DNA from: Octopus sinensis
Lineage: Eukaryota
Direction: 5' to 3'
Assembly: GCF_006345805.1 (NCBI RefSeq)
Contig: NC_043014.1
Location: 24,924,001 to 24,988,000 of the forward strand
Length of the DNA stretch: 64,000 nucleotides
Shown: piece by piece, positions 26,117 through 38,687 of the stretch
Layout: the number at the start of each line of letters is the position of its first letter
Position numbering within the stretch: the stretch's first letter is position 1
Notes under the pieces: generated by a model
The model's database searches: none
Told to the model about the DNA's origin: nothing
Seen by the model: only the letters and a program-made list of their open reading frames with translations
Position numbers and translations under genes: made by a program

Positions 26117-27518
26117 GCTCTTTTACTTGTTTCAGTCATTTGACTACAGCCATGCTGGAGCACTGCCTTTAGTTGAGCAAATCGACCCCAGGACTTATTC
26201 TTTGTAAGCCTAGTACTTATTCTATCAGTCTCATTTGCTAAACTGCTAAGTTATGGGGACATAAACACACCAGCATCAGTTGTCAAGCGATGTTGGGAGG
26301 ACAAACACAGACACAAACATATACACACACATACCTATATATATATATATATATATAATATATATATATATATATTTTTTTTTTTCTATAGTTTCAGCTC
26401 AGAGCTGTGGCCATGCTGATGCACCTTCGTTTTGCTACACTGTTATTACTAAGAGCCTCCTCTAATACATGGCACTTGGTGAAGCATAGAGTTTGATATA
26501 GCTACCCTCATTTGCATCTCTTGCCATTAGATAGGTTCATTTGGAATTCTTGACAGGAAGAGGTCCAGCTTTGATTTAAAAACTCCTACATCTACTTTGT
26601 GCAAGTTCCTCAGACTCTTTGGGAGAATATTAAAAAGCTATGGGCCCTTGAAACCCAGGCTGTTGCAGTAACTGGTCCTGAAGCATGATGGCATTGCTGG
26701 GACCTTTGGCACTGTGCAGTGTCGTCCCGTTCTGGCATTGGTGTAGCTTTCAATGCCAAAATTTGGCATAATTCTTTCCAGGATTTTCCAGATATATATT
26801 ACTGCATACCCCTCCCGTCTTCTCTCCAGGGAGTAGAGTCTTAACTGTTTCCACCTTTCCCAGTAGCTGAGCTGTTACAAAGAGACGATCTTCTTTGTAA
26901 ATCTTCTCTGGATTGCTTCAAGGTCCGCTGTTAATTTCACACTGGTGGGTGACCATAGCTGTGAGCAGCTACATGCATCCAGATGAACCTACATGCATCC
27001 AGATGTAACTAAATAGTATATTGATTACCAACCTCAGTCGGCTGAGGACGAATATCTGCCAGAGGACCATCATGGTTTCCTTATCTCTGGTTCTGAATGT
27101 TCTTAGGGTCCATCGAGCCAGTCGTCTGACTTTGTCGCCATCCTGGTAATGTGCACTTGGAAAGAGGTATCATCACTCATGTCAATACTCAGTTACCTCA
27201 CTGACTTAGGCTCTGGGATTGAAATTCCTTGTGGATTGAAATTCCCTGTGGACCGGTGTACCCTGTAAGTTTCATATTCAATTTTGGATGCTGTTCTGCA
27301 TTAAACTGCATATTATTATCCTCAGCCCATATATATATATATTTATACATATATATGACGGGCTTCTTTCACTTTCCGTCTACCAAACCCCCTCACAAGG
27401 CTTTGGTTGGCCCGAGGCTAAAGTAGAAGACACTTGCCCAAGGTGCCATGCAGTGGGACTGAACCCGGAACTATGTGGTTGATAAGCGAGCTACTTACCA
27501 CACGGCCACTCCTGCACT

Positions 27519-27520
<2 letters not shown>
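26117..27520 (-). mobile_element. SINE split by a CR1-group LINE (26385-27312) inserted in its central microsatellite
   Basis: SINE 3' half at 26117-26340 and 5' half at 27345-27520, both minus. Between them is the LINE 3' part with its tail (tagtttcagctc...). Confidence 0.8.
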
Positions 27521-27604
<84 letters not shown>

Positions 27605-27691
27605 GAATAAAATATTTTGAACGACACAACAATGCACTATAATATAAACAACGGACTATAATAACCGTTATAATTTAATCATGCATTGTCT

Positions 27692-27730
27692 GATATGATA
27701 TTTCAGAATAAAATTCCTTCTTCAGATATC
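27692..27730 (-). ncRNA. 39-nt minimal hammerhead motif, intact core
   Basis: GATAT CTGAAGA AGGA atttta TTCT GAA ATAT C ATATC. Confidence 0.65.
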
Positions 27731-28355
27731 CCTAGGAATTGATGGAGTTGCTGCTATAATTGGTTTTCCAACGGCTTTTCTTTTTTTTTTTCGGAAGCCT
27801 CTCAGCAGTGTCTCATGAAGCTCCTTCTAGAATTCCTCATGAGAAGTGCGTGAGTTCTGCCATGTCTGAATCTCGTGTGTGCTAACACATTCTTAGCACT
27901 GCTTCTAAGTTATGTGTTATATGTGTAGCTTCCCTTCTTATTTTCCTCTTTTTTTTTGTTATAAACAATATATGAGCATGTTATCAAAAATGAACATACA
28001 TGCATCCAGATGTAACTAAATAGTATATTGATTACCAACCTCCAGCCTGTTGTTAATTTGGTACCCTAGTCTGTGTATGAGTATAGCTTCCTTAATTCTT
28101 AATTTACCCAAATTTCTTTCATTGGCCTTAAATGTGACTGTTATGCTTTTGTCGGTGTTCCAGGAAAACATCTAGACAGATCTAGGTAAATAATATATAT
28201 ATATATATTTAATCATATCAAAGGGAAATGGAAATTAATTAAAATTTACATTTCCAGTGGTCTAACGTGTAAAAAAAATTAGTCAAAAAGATTATATACT
28301 AGTCATACAATATAGTGTATATTTAAACACATAAGGAATCCACATATAGGGATTC

Positions 28356-28612
28356 TACACGCTAGAAAGAAAAGCTAGGTTCTATAACCACAAAAGTTAG
28401 GGATAAAATTTGACAGGAATAAATTTAGAAATGAAAACCATTTACCATCTAGTTTCCTAGACCATTTGGTTTCTGATCTTATTTTAGCGAGTCAGAAACC
28501 AAATGGTCCAGGAAACTAGATGGTAAATGGTTTTCATCTCTAAATTTATTCCTGTCAAATTTTATCCCTAACTTTTGTGGTTATAGAACCTAGCTTTTCT
28601 TTCTAGCGTGTA
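28356..28612. repeat. Long hairpin, 121-bp arms, 15-nt loop
   Basis: 28356-28476 is the reverse complement of 28492-28612, with about 3 mismatches. Confidence 0.95.
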
Positions 28613-28619
28613 TATATAT

Positions 28620-28865
28620 ATGTCACGTAAAAAGCACCATCCGTCCGTGGCCGTTTGCCAGCTCCGTCTGGCACCTGTGCGGGTGGCACGTAAAAAGCAC
28701 CCACTACACTCAGGGAGTGGTTGGCGTTAGGAAGGGCATCCAGCCGTAGAAACACTGCCAGATCAGACTGGGCCTGATGTAGCCTTCTGGCTTCACAGAT
28801 CCCAGTTGAACCGTCCAACCCATGCCAGCATGGAAAGCAGACACTAAATGATGATGATGATGATG

Positions 28866-28868
<3 letters not shown>
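28620..28868 (+). mobile_element. RTE LINE 3' UTR in (TA)n
   Basis: UTR core and (gat)n tail. Confidence 0.9.
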
Positions 28869-28903
<35 letters not shown>

Positions 28904-29028
28904 ATTTATAGTTGAGTATAGAAATTCGGGGTGAGTACTTGATAATTATAAGCACCTGTGTATACCGTTTGGTGGTGTAGGTGGTGGAGTAAATTGATCA
29001 AAATAAAAACATGATGCCAAGGATTCAG

Positions 29029-29104
29029 CGGTACATATGTTTCGGGCCTTTATTAGACAGATTTATAACAATGCATAATGTATGTCTGTGGCCTTCTTCA
29101 GCCG
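29029..29104 (-). ncRNA. Hammerhead motif, intact core
   Basis: CGG CTGAAGA aGGCC...GGCCc GAA ACATATGT A CCG. Confidence 0.7.
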
Positions 29105-30872
29105 TGCACAACAGCTTCCACAAGGACATGTGTTACATCAAAAATTCTTGGATGGGGATGCAAATCCTCTCATTCGCGTACGACATAATGCGGCAACAGC
29201 ATAGAATTGAAGCGTCCATCTCTTTCTTCTCTCAATGTAGAATGAGGAAATTTGGATGTTGAAGTAATGTAAATAAATAAATACATATATAGACGTGAAG
29301 ATGGAGGGGCGAGAATTCAGGACGAGGGATAAAAAATGTATAAAAAGTGTAAGTATAGAAAAATATAAAAATGTAGAGTATAAAGATATAAAGAGATATA
29401 AGGAGATATAAAGGGGATATAAAGAATATAAAGAAATATAAATGAATGTAAAGGCATAAGGTTATAAAGTAAAAATAGAAATAGAAATAAAAGTAAAAAG
29501 TAAAAAAATAAAAATAGGAATAAACATGATAAAAATGTAAAAAAATATAAAGATAAGGGATGTATAGAGGTTACGGACCAAACATGGTGGTCAGGAGATT
29601 GATAAAATTTAGTTGTAGAAGCTTTGGGTGTCAATAAATCAACAGGGTCGTCTGGGGACCTAGTGTATTGTAAATCAGAGCTGTTGAGCGGTTAATCTAG
29701 TTCTTTGAATTAATTGGTCATCTTGTACATACATACCATCATGGATACATACACCCATATACACGCGCACATATACGCGCGCATACACGGCTCCAAGCCT
29801 ATAAGCATACACACGCACTCACGTGTAAACATGTACATAAACACACATACACCCACACGCACGCGCGTACATATACATACATACAACAGAATATGCGCAT
29901 ATATACACGGACATTATACGTGTACACACCCATATATACATACGTGCATCCATCCTTACATACACATACACAGATGCCCACGCTTCCAGGTTTATATATA
30001 AGATATTAAAGGATGTATATAAGAACGTATGTAAAGAATCACGCACTCACGTCTACACGTGCACGCACACACGGCTGTGTGTCCATATGTGCGTGCACAT
30101 ATACACTTACATACACACACAGAGACATACGCGCATATGGGTATAGCTATAAGATATTAAAAGATGTATACAAATAGGTGTAAACATATGAATATAAGAA
30201 AACATGTAAAAAAATGTAAAGAAATACAGGGTATGCACATCCAGACGTAGATGTTTACTCGTACATATGTACACATATGTATACGTATACATACGTACAC
30301 GGACGCTCGTATAATCATAAAGCGGATCCATAGGTAAGTAAATAAGGGATAAGCAAAAAAAATAGACATATATAGAGATATAAAGCGATAAGTTAGGGGT
30401 AAGAATGAGGGTAAGAATAAAAATTAGAAATACAATATAAAATAAGAAATACAATGTAAAAGTTAGAAATGAAATATAAAAATTATAAAAATTATAAGAA
30501 TTAAGATAAGGGATGAAAATAAAAATGAGAATAAAGGTAAAGCGAAATAGAATAGGATAAAGCAAAATAAAAATAAAAATATAATCTGGTAAAGTTTAAC
30601 ATGAGATGAAGGTGGTTGAAAGTTAGAGGTGTGTGTTAAAGGTGCCCACGTAGGGGCGGGCGGGGGGAACCGAAAATTGGAAGGGTGGGAAGTGGAGTTT
30701 GGCGGTGTGCGTTCAACATCCGAGTTAGAAATGTGAAAGGGTATAGATATAGGGAAATAAAGAGACTATATAGGAAGGATATGGGTGTAGGAGAAGAAAT
30801 ATGTAGGGAAAAAAGACATATATGGGAGACAAAATGTGTATATATAGGAGGAAAATGCAGGGAAACATATAT

Positions 30873-30911
<39 letters not shown>

Positions 30912-31049
30912 CACACATATACATACACATATGTGCACATACATATATATACGCACACACATACACATATACACGCACATATAGGAAAGTAGGATGTGCT
31001 GGAGCCGACAGGTTGCACCGGGTGGGAGGAAATTGCATGGGGGAGTTGG

Positions 31050-32065
31050 TATAATAACCTAAGCTTTGTAGTATTTGAAAGTATTAATAAGTTTGTGTAT
31101 ACAGGATGGTTTGAACTCTGACCTTTTGTTAATAAGATTGTGTTTGTCTTTGAATTTCAAGATGTTCAGGAGTTCTACACAACATAGTTGGCATCCCGCT
31201 CTATTATTTAAATAAGGTGCAGCTGATCCGATGATGGACCACCTGAGTTTGAAGCCTATGCATTTGTCTTCTAATTCCCAAATTTTTTTAGAAAGGGAGG
31301 TGCTGTTAGCCTTATGTCTGTGTTTCAGCGAGGACCGGTGGTTGTAGTATCTGGATTTCCAGGAGGTTGAGCAACCTATGTAGGTGAGTGTGTTAAACTG
31401 GGTACTCACCTCACATGAATATATTACGTTTTTCGCCCTACATGCGCCCTGTAGCGGACACTCGGATGCACATATGCAGTTGCAGTGCATTGCATTATTC
31501 GGTCGTGTGCTGCCAATCCCAGGCGGAGGTGTTGCAATACGTGTGGGGGCGTTGATATCCTCCTGGTTGTTGATGGGTGTGGTATTGCCTCTGTTGTGTT
31601 GACGGGTGTTATTACTAACTGTTTGGGTAATATGGCTGCCAGTCTGATTATATTGCCTACTATCTGGATGAGGGGGGTTCGGTTGGTCGCTATACCTTGC
31701 TCTTGATCTAGCTGTTCTAATATTAATATAGTTATGTTTAGCTATGAGGCAGCTCATGTTGGGCAGGGTAGAGTAGGAAATCCTAATGGTTTTGTTGGAG
31801 AAGATACTTCTATACTTATGGGTGGGTTGGAAGTTGTTGGAAATGATAGAGAATATTCTCTTACATAACTTACCCCTAACTGCTAAGTTGTATGGTATGT
31901 TGAACCATATATATTTGCGTAATCTACTATTATCCCTTCTATTTCTCCTAATAGGATCTATATTGCTCTCGTCGGGAGGGTTACTATTGTGTGCTATTCT
32001 ATTAGTTCGCCTATTTCCTATACGTTGTTTGGAGTTTAAATTAGAATTATCGTTAGTATGAGTTG
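31050..32065 (-). mobile_element. Penelope-like element C-terminus with GIY-YIG endonuclease (open frame 31059-32050)
   Basis: RKYIWFNIPY..ISYSTLPNM..CNC..ECPLQGACRAKNVIY..TYIGCS..RYYNHRSS..STSLSKKIW..CQLC..NKRSE..CIH. Confidence 0.9.
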
Positions 32066-32165
32066 AGTGCGGAGTTAGAGGCCTCTCCAGGCTCCAGTCT
32101 GATCTGGCAGAGTTTCTACGGCTGGATGCCCTTCCTAACGCCAACCACTCCGCGAGTGGATTATA

Positions 32166-33170
32166 CAGTTGCGGCCAAAATGTTCAGAATGGCATTGTTT
32201 TTGTCAGAAAAGTAGGTATAAGTTTTTATCAAAATTGTTTTATAATTTTCACAGACAATAAATACGATATTAATTGTTATTGTCTGAGGTTTTAGTGTAA
32301 TTTGAGAGGATAATACAAAAGTTATGGATGATTTAGTGATTTACTGCAGAACCCATGGTGGCCAAAATGATCAGAACGGTTGAAAAAATAACAAAATAAT
32401 AAAAAATGACAGAGAATACTGGAATTATTTAATATTTAGTGTGAAGCCCTTTAGCTTCAATCACACTTTGACATCTTCGACTGCATGAGGAAATTAAATT
32501 TTCAATTTCTTGCTGGGTGATCTTATTCCATTCTTCTCGAAGGGCATTCCATAATTGCTCACTTGTTTTAGGATTTCTGGCTTTCAAACGTTCTCCTAGA
32601 ATATTCCACACATTTTCAATAGGATTGAGATCAGGGCTTTGAGCAGGCCAATCCATAACAATAACCTTTTCAGCCTTGAGGAAGTTCATGACCACCTTGT
32701 GACATGGGGCATTGTCCTGCATGAATATAGGTGGTCGCTTAGTTGAATTTCTCAGCACAGGCAAGACATGATCTTTTACAAGTTGTTTATAAACTCCTGC
32801 ATTTACCTTTCCACGTAATCGCACCAAAGGGCCCACACCATCTCCAGATATCATCCCCCAAACCATGACACTTCATCCACCAAATTTAATACTAGTCTTA
32901 AGGCATTTAGGCAACAATTTTTCACCTACTTTTCGATTAACGTACCTTTTCCCATTTGAGCCAAATAACATAAACTTAGATTCATCACTGAAATGCACCA
33001 TTTGCCATTTTTCTTGAGACCACAACACATGTTCGGTTGCAAAGGTAAGATGACACTTTTTATTCTTGGAGCTGATCAGTGGCTTCACTGCAGGTGATCT
33101 TGCTTGTAGATCATGTTCAACTAAACGACGAGACACAGTTTTTCGAGATAAATCATTAAAGATATTACTA
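32166..33170 (-). mobile_element. Tc1-family DNA transposon, 3' half with IR/DR terminus
   Basis: FSDESKF, VWGMI, FMQDNAPCH and WPAQSPDLNPIENVW. One in-frame stop at about 32870. D-to-E spacing is 32 (2 residues lost versus DD34E). TIR starts cagttgcggccaaaatgttc after TA, with an inner direct repeat at 32358-32379. Confidence 0.92.
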
Positions 33171-33174
33171 ACAC

Positions 33175-34900
33175 AATTGAATCGTTTATTATGGAAAATA
33201 AAAAATATATCAAAATACTCTCTAAAAATAATATAGGAGTGGGGTACTCAACGACTAATAACGTAGGGAATATTATATCATCAATTAATAAGCATAGGTT
33301 GAATAAATATTACCATGACAAATTAAATAAGGATATGAATAGGAGTTATAGAGACCATAATAGTTGTACCTGTAGAGATAAAAGCCGATTTAATGGAAGA
33401 TGTAATGTTAGTGATGTAGTATATAAATGTGTGGTTTTGGTAAAAGGAGATGGGAATGAAAATAGTGGTATAAATAATACAGATATTGAAAAATACCCAG
33501 ATAGAATGTACATAGGTTTGACTTCGAATAAAATTAAACAGCGAATAGCACAGCACTTGAATTCATGTAAAAATAAGAAACTTAGGAATTCTACAGGACT
33601 AAGTAAATACGTTTGGAGTTTAAAAATGAAAGAAATTAATTATGAATTAAAGTGGGAGATAATATGTAAAGCTATTCTTATAGAATAGGAAATAGGTCAT
33701 GTTTATTATGTACCCATGAATTCATGGCGATATTATAGGCTAAAACAGAACTTCTTAATGCTCAGGATGAACGTAAAATTAAATGTAAACATAGACTAAA
33801 ATGCCTTATTAATAACGCATAACCCTAAATTTTAGCGTAAGTATTGTTAATACTATAATTATATAATTTTTTAATAGAAATAAAAACTTACCATTAGATG
33901 GGGGGATGAATAATAACTAATGAGTGATTGAATGGGCAGAATAATACGGAATTATACAAAATAAAGAAAGCAATATTCCCATGATGCATTTTTTAAGCTT
34001 CATGAACTATGTTTTACTATTTAGACAATATGTTAATTAAATAAGATTTTAAAGTAGCAGGGAATAGGGTGTGAGTACTTCACTGGACTTTGCAATGTTG
34101 GGCCATAATTAGGATGTTGTAGGATAATGGAGCTATCAGTGAATTGCATATTTTCCTTACTTTACCATCAAGTTATATTTATTTTATTTTATTTTACTTT
34201 GTAAATTTTAAAAAAAAGTTACCATTCGTATCACTTGAAATTTTGCAGTTCGTATTAGAACTTTTATTTGAAATTATCTTTTCGTAATTGCCTCCATGTT
34301 TATTAACTTTTATTCGTGTATATTTTCCTTGCCATCCCGTTTATTTTTATTGATTTTGATTTTGATTTTGATTTTTCCAGTTTCAGCTTATGAGCTCTTT
34401 ATTTTTATTTTTATTTTTATTGTTACTTGTATTTACTTTTATTCGTATTACTTTCATTATTTCTGTTCACATTTTTTATATATTATTAACATAGTATTTG
34501 TAAATTTAATTTTATTTGGAAGACTATATATAACTAACATAGTTTTTGTAAATTTTCGTATATTTTTTTGTGATTTTTATTCCTTACTTTATTCGTGTAA
34601 CTTTTATTTCTGTAACTTTTTATCTTTATTTGAATTTTTATCTGAATTATGGCTTGTACTGTAGAGTCCAGCGAAACTAAACATACCTAATTTAAACATA
34701 CTTATTTTGCACATATTTATGGGATTTATAAATTAAAATATAGTTTATTGTATTGAACGTTGATAAAGTTATATAAGGGCCTGATGATTGGGGTTGCATC
34801 TTGAGAGGGGTTCCAGGGAAACACGGAGTGGTTTAAGAACCCGAGGATGTACCACATGAAACACGTGTTGCCAAGTACTAAAACAGTAGGTATTTAAAGT
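33175..34900 (+). mobile_element. AT-rich Penelope-like element 3' part (GIY-YIG and tail)
   Basis: VGYSTTNNVGNII..CTCR..CNVSDVVYKC..YIGLTSNKIKQRIAQH..STGLSKYVWSLK..KWEII. Confidence 0.85.
34778..34872 (+). ncRNA. Degenerate hammerhead motif at the PLE 3' end
   Basis: GGC CTGATGA...GAA ACACGTGT T GCC. Stem II is poor. Confidence 0.45.
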
Positions 34901-35046
34901 AAAAATAAAAATTCTTTTTATTTGGTGAAAAGTAGGGGTATATACTATCTCTAAATTAAAATATATTTCTTCATTGAGAATAATTTGAACCTCTGTTATG
35001 CCAGAATTATTATTCCCTAAAAAATATATATACACATAGTATATAT

Positions 35047-35788
35047 CACCTCGATCACCTTCACCAACCAGTCCATTGGGCGTCCATTTGACACTGCTGG
35101 TCACAGCACGCTGTCCACTCCTCTCTGGATCACGCCTTTCTCATCCACATGATCACAATCGTCCTCCTGAAATCATAACTCCACTGCCGTGGAGGCATTC
35201 CGAGTGGTCGTTTCCGCTTGCGCGGGTACCACTCGACAACTGCACGAGTCCACTGATTAGCGGTGAGCCAGGCGATGTGTTCAGCCCATCTAAACTTGCT
35301 GCGTGTATACTCTGCGATGACATCCCTCATGCCGGACTTCTTTCTGATGATCTCGCTACTGATGTGCTCTCTCGAGATACCAAACATTGACCTTTCTATG
35401 GCTCTTTGAGGCGTTACCAGTCTCTGCTCTTTTCACTTTGTTGTAGCCCATGTTTCACTACCATATAATATTGCAGGTAGAACTGTACTGTTGATGAGGT
35501 TGGTGTGGGTGGTCCTGTCTAACCTTCCCTTGAGCATAACCACGGATCAGCTTCAGACTATGCTGACGGAGCTCGATATCAAAAGTTCTGCAGTAGGTCT
35601 CAAGATGAACTGCATGAAGACGAAGTTCATGCGGTCAGACAACGTACCAACAGGTCGAATGGTGATCGGCAGTGATGAAATAGAGGAGGTAAAGGAATAT
35701 GTCTACCAGGGACAGGAAGTGAATATGTGCCGAGATATCAAAAAGGAGATCTCACGGAGAGTAAGGGCCGGATGGAAGGCGTTAAATG
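35047..35788 (-). mobile_element. Second RTE family copy with a 5' inversion and 13-bp TSD
   Basis: The 3' part (NSTVLPAILYGSETW..KFRWAEHI) is on minus at about 35490-35047. The upstream part (GLKMNCMKTKFM..EVKEYVY.GQ..RRVRAGWKA) is on plus at about 35500-35788. TSD acatagtat(a/g)tat at 35034-35046 and 35789-35801. Confidence 0.8.
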
Positions 35789-35824
35789 ACATAGTATGTA
35801 TATATATATATATATATATATATG

Positions 35825-36220
35825 AAGACCTGTTGAGGCAAGTGAAAATCAAAATCAAAAATTAAAATCGATCAACATCAATGAAAATTGTAGCTGCGAT
35901 ACCAGTGCCAGTGGCACATAAGAGAACCATCTGAACGTGGCCGTTGCCAGAGCTGCCCCGACTGGCTTCCGTGCCGGTGGCACGTAAAAAGCACTATCCG
36001 ATCGTGGCCGATTGCCAGCCTCGTCTGGCACCTGTGCCAGTGGCACGTAAAAAGCACCCACAACACTCATGGAGTGGTTGGCGTTAGGAAGGGCATCCAG
36101 CTGTAGAAACATTGCCAGATCAGTCTGGGCCTGGTGCAGCCTTCTGGCTTCCCAGTTGTACCGTCCAACCCATGTCAGCATGGAAAGCGGACGCTAAACG
36201 ATGATGAGGATGATGATGAT
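35825..36220 (+). mobile_element. RTE LINE 3' UTR
   Basis: gaagacctgttgaggcaagtgaaaatc through the UTR core and tail. Confidence 0.9.
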
Positions 36221-36233
36221 ATATATCTACATA

Positions 36234-36294
<61 letters not shown>

Positions 36295-36307
36295 ATATGT
36301 ATATATA

Positions 36308-36630
36308 CAGTTGCGGCCAAAATGTTCTGAACGGCATTGTTTTCACCAGAAAAGTAGGAATAAGTTTTTATTAAAGTTGTTTTATGTTCTATAATTTTCA
36401 CAGACAATAAATACGATATTAATTGTTATTGTCTGAGATTTTAGTGTAATCACTAAATCATCCATAACTTTTGTATTATCCTCTCAAATTACACCAAAAT
36501 CTCAGACAATAACAATTACTGTCGTATTTATTGTGTGTGAAAATTATAGAATATAAAACAACTTTGCTAAAAACTTATACCTAATTTTCTCGCGAAAACA
36601 ATGCCGTTCTGAACATTTTGGCCGCAACTG
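36308..36630. mobile_element. Tc1-derived MITE made only of terminal repeat sequence
   Basis: cagttgcggccaaaatgttc...gaacattttggccgcaactg. Arms of about 143 and 180 bp match the TIR at 32166. Confidence 0.9.
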
Positions 36631-36644
36631 TGTATATATATGTG

Positions 36645-37042
36645 TGTATCGTGTCCGCTGCCAGCCTCACCTGGCCCCCGTGCTGGTGGCACGTAAAAGC
36701 ACCATCCGTTCGTGTCCATTGCCAGCCTTGCCTGGCACGTAAAAGCACCATCCGTTCGTGTCCGTTGTCAGCCTCGCCCGGCCCCCGTGCCGGTGGCACG
36801 TAAAAGCACCATCCGTTCGTGTCCGTTTGCCAGCTTCGTCTGGTACCTGTGCGGGTGGCACGTAAAAAGCACCCACTACACTCACGGAGTGGTTGGCGTT
36901 AGGAAGGGCATCCAGCCGTAGAAACACTGCCAGATCTGACTGGGCCTGATGCAGCCCTCCAGCTTCACAGACCCCAGTTGAACCGTCCAACCCATGCTAG
37001 CATGGAAAACGGACGCTAAATGATGATTATGATGATGATGAT
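36645..37042 (+). mobile_element. RTE LINE 3' UTR with minisatellite
   Basis: About 4 gcacgtaaaagcaccatccg units, UTR core and tail. Confidence 0.9.
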
Positions 37043-37098
37043 ATATATATATATATATACGAAAGAAGGTTTGAAAATGCAATTTAAAAGATGTTTAT

Positions 37099-37143
37099 TT
37101 ACTTAACCGGTTTCTCTCTTTGGAAAAAGATTGTCAAAAGTAA
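37099..37143 (-). ncRNA. Compact hammerhead motif with compensatory U3-A8 core
   Basis: TTACTT TTGACAA TCTTTT tcca AAGAGA GAA ACCGGT T AAGTAA. A near-identical copy is at 38497-38541, and a 3' half is on + at about 42390-42410. Confidence 0.7.
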
Positions 37144-38408
37144 CATATGGAAGTTTGGTTGCGTTAATTATTGGTTGTTGCAAATTGCCACATTACATGT
37201 ATATATATACAGTCTTTGGTAACAGGGACATGTTAAGGACATAAAAAAGTACAACAGTATGATGAGAATATTTGAAAAAATGGGCAGAAAAGATTAAAAC
37301 AAATATATTATACATCTCAGGGTAATTTCCAGGAGGAAATATCAAAAAAAGTTCAGTACAGAATATTATGAATTCAAAAAAATTTTCATAATTGCCACAT
37401 TACATGTATATATACAGTCTTTGGTAACAGGGACATGTTTAGGACATAAAAAAGTACAACAGTATGATGAGAATATTTGAAACAATGGGCAGAAAAGATT
37501 AAAACAAATATATTATACATCTCAGGGTAATTTCTAGGAGGAAATATCAAAAAAAGTTCAGTACAGAATATTATGAATTCAAAAAAATTTTACATTAAGA
37601 TTTATATCAATGTAGTGGCGAGATTGTTTACTGACCTGTCCGTTTTAGCAGAGATGTGGAATTGAAAAAGATGTACTCGTTTTTTTCTTTTTTTGGCTTT
37701 CCTTCAAGCATCAATGATTTTGGGGTTAGGATGAGGTGAATATGTGTGTCTCTGCGCGTATGTGTGCATGCATACATATACATGTGGTGTGAATAGATGT
37801 GTCTGTGTGTCTGTAGTATCTGGTCAGATGGCGTCTGTTTGTCAAGTGTGTGTGGTTGTCATGGTGTTGTGTGTGCGTGCGTGTGTGTGTGCGCGTGTGC
37901 GTGCGTGTGTACGCATGCATGAGTGTGGATGGCATTTGGCATGGTGCTGCGTGTGTATATATGTGCCTGCATGGAGGTGAGATTGGTGTGAGTGTGTGTA
38001 TCCCTGTGTGCGTGCACATACACGTATACAAGCGTCTGCGTGTGTGTGGGGGCTGTTTTTGATTGGTTCCAGGGTGGCGAAAATAGATGTGTGTTGTTTA
38101 AAGAATTTTTTGAGGTAGGATGGTGTGTGTATGTATGCGTGCCCGTGCGCATGTGTGCGCGTGCCCGTCTACGTGTCTGTGCGGGCCATACACACACACA
38201 CACACATCATACACACAGACACCACACACACACACACACATATCTCACCCCCCCCACACACACACAACACACACATAATATACACACACACAACAGATCT
38301 GACTGGGCCTGATGCAGCCTTCCGGCTTCACAAACCCCAGTTGAACCGTGCTAGCAACCCATGCTAGCATGGAAAATGGACGCTAAATGATGATGATGAT
38401 GATGATGA

Positions 38409-38458
<50 letters not shown>

Positions 38459-38687
38459 GAAAGAAGGTTTGAAAATGCAATTTAAAAGATGTTTATTTAC
38501 TTAACCGGTTTCACTCTTTGGAAAAAGATTGTCAAAAGTAACATATGGAAGTTTGGTTGCGTTAATTATTGGTTGTTGCAAATTGCCACATTACATGTAT
38601 ATATAATCACATACAGCAAAATACCGCAGATAGAAGAACCCCCAGGATTCCTTTTTTAGGCAAGGGCATCAGTTTCCACGACACCAG

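Noticed and set aside
32070-32144. N-terminus of the 361-aa ORF as part of the PLE protein
   Set aside because: These codons come from an adjacent RTE UTR fragment that happens to be in frame.
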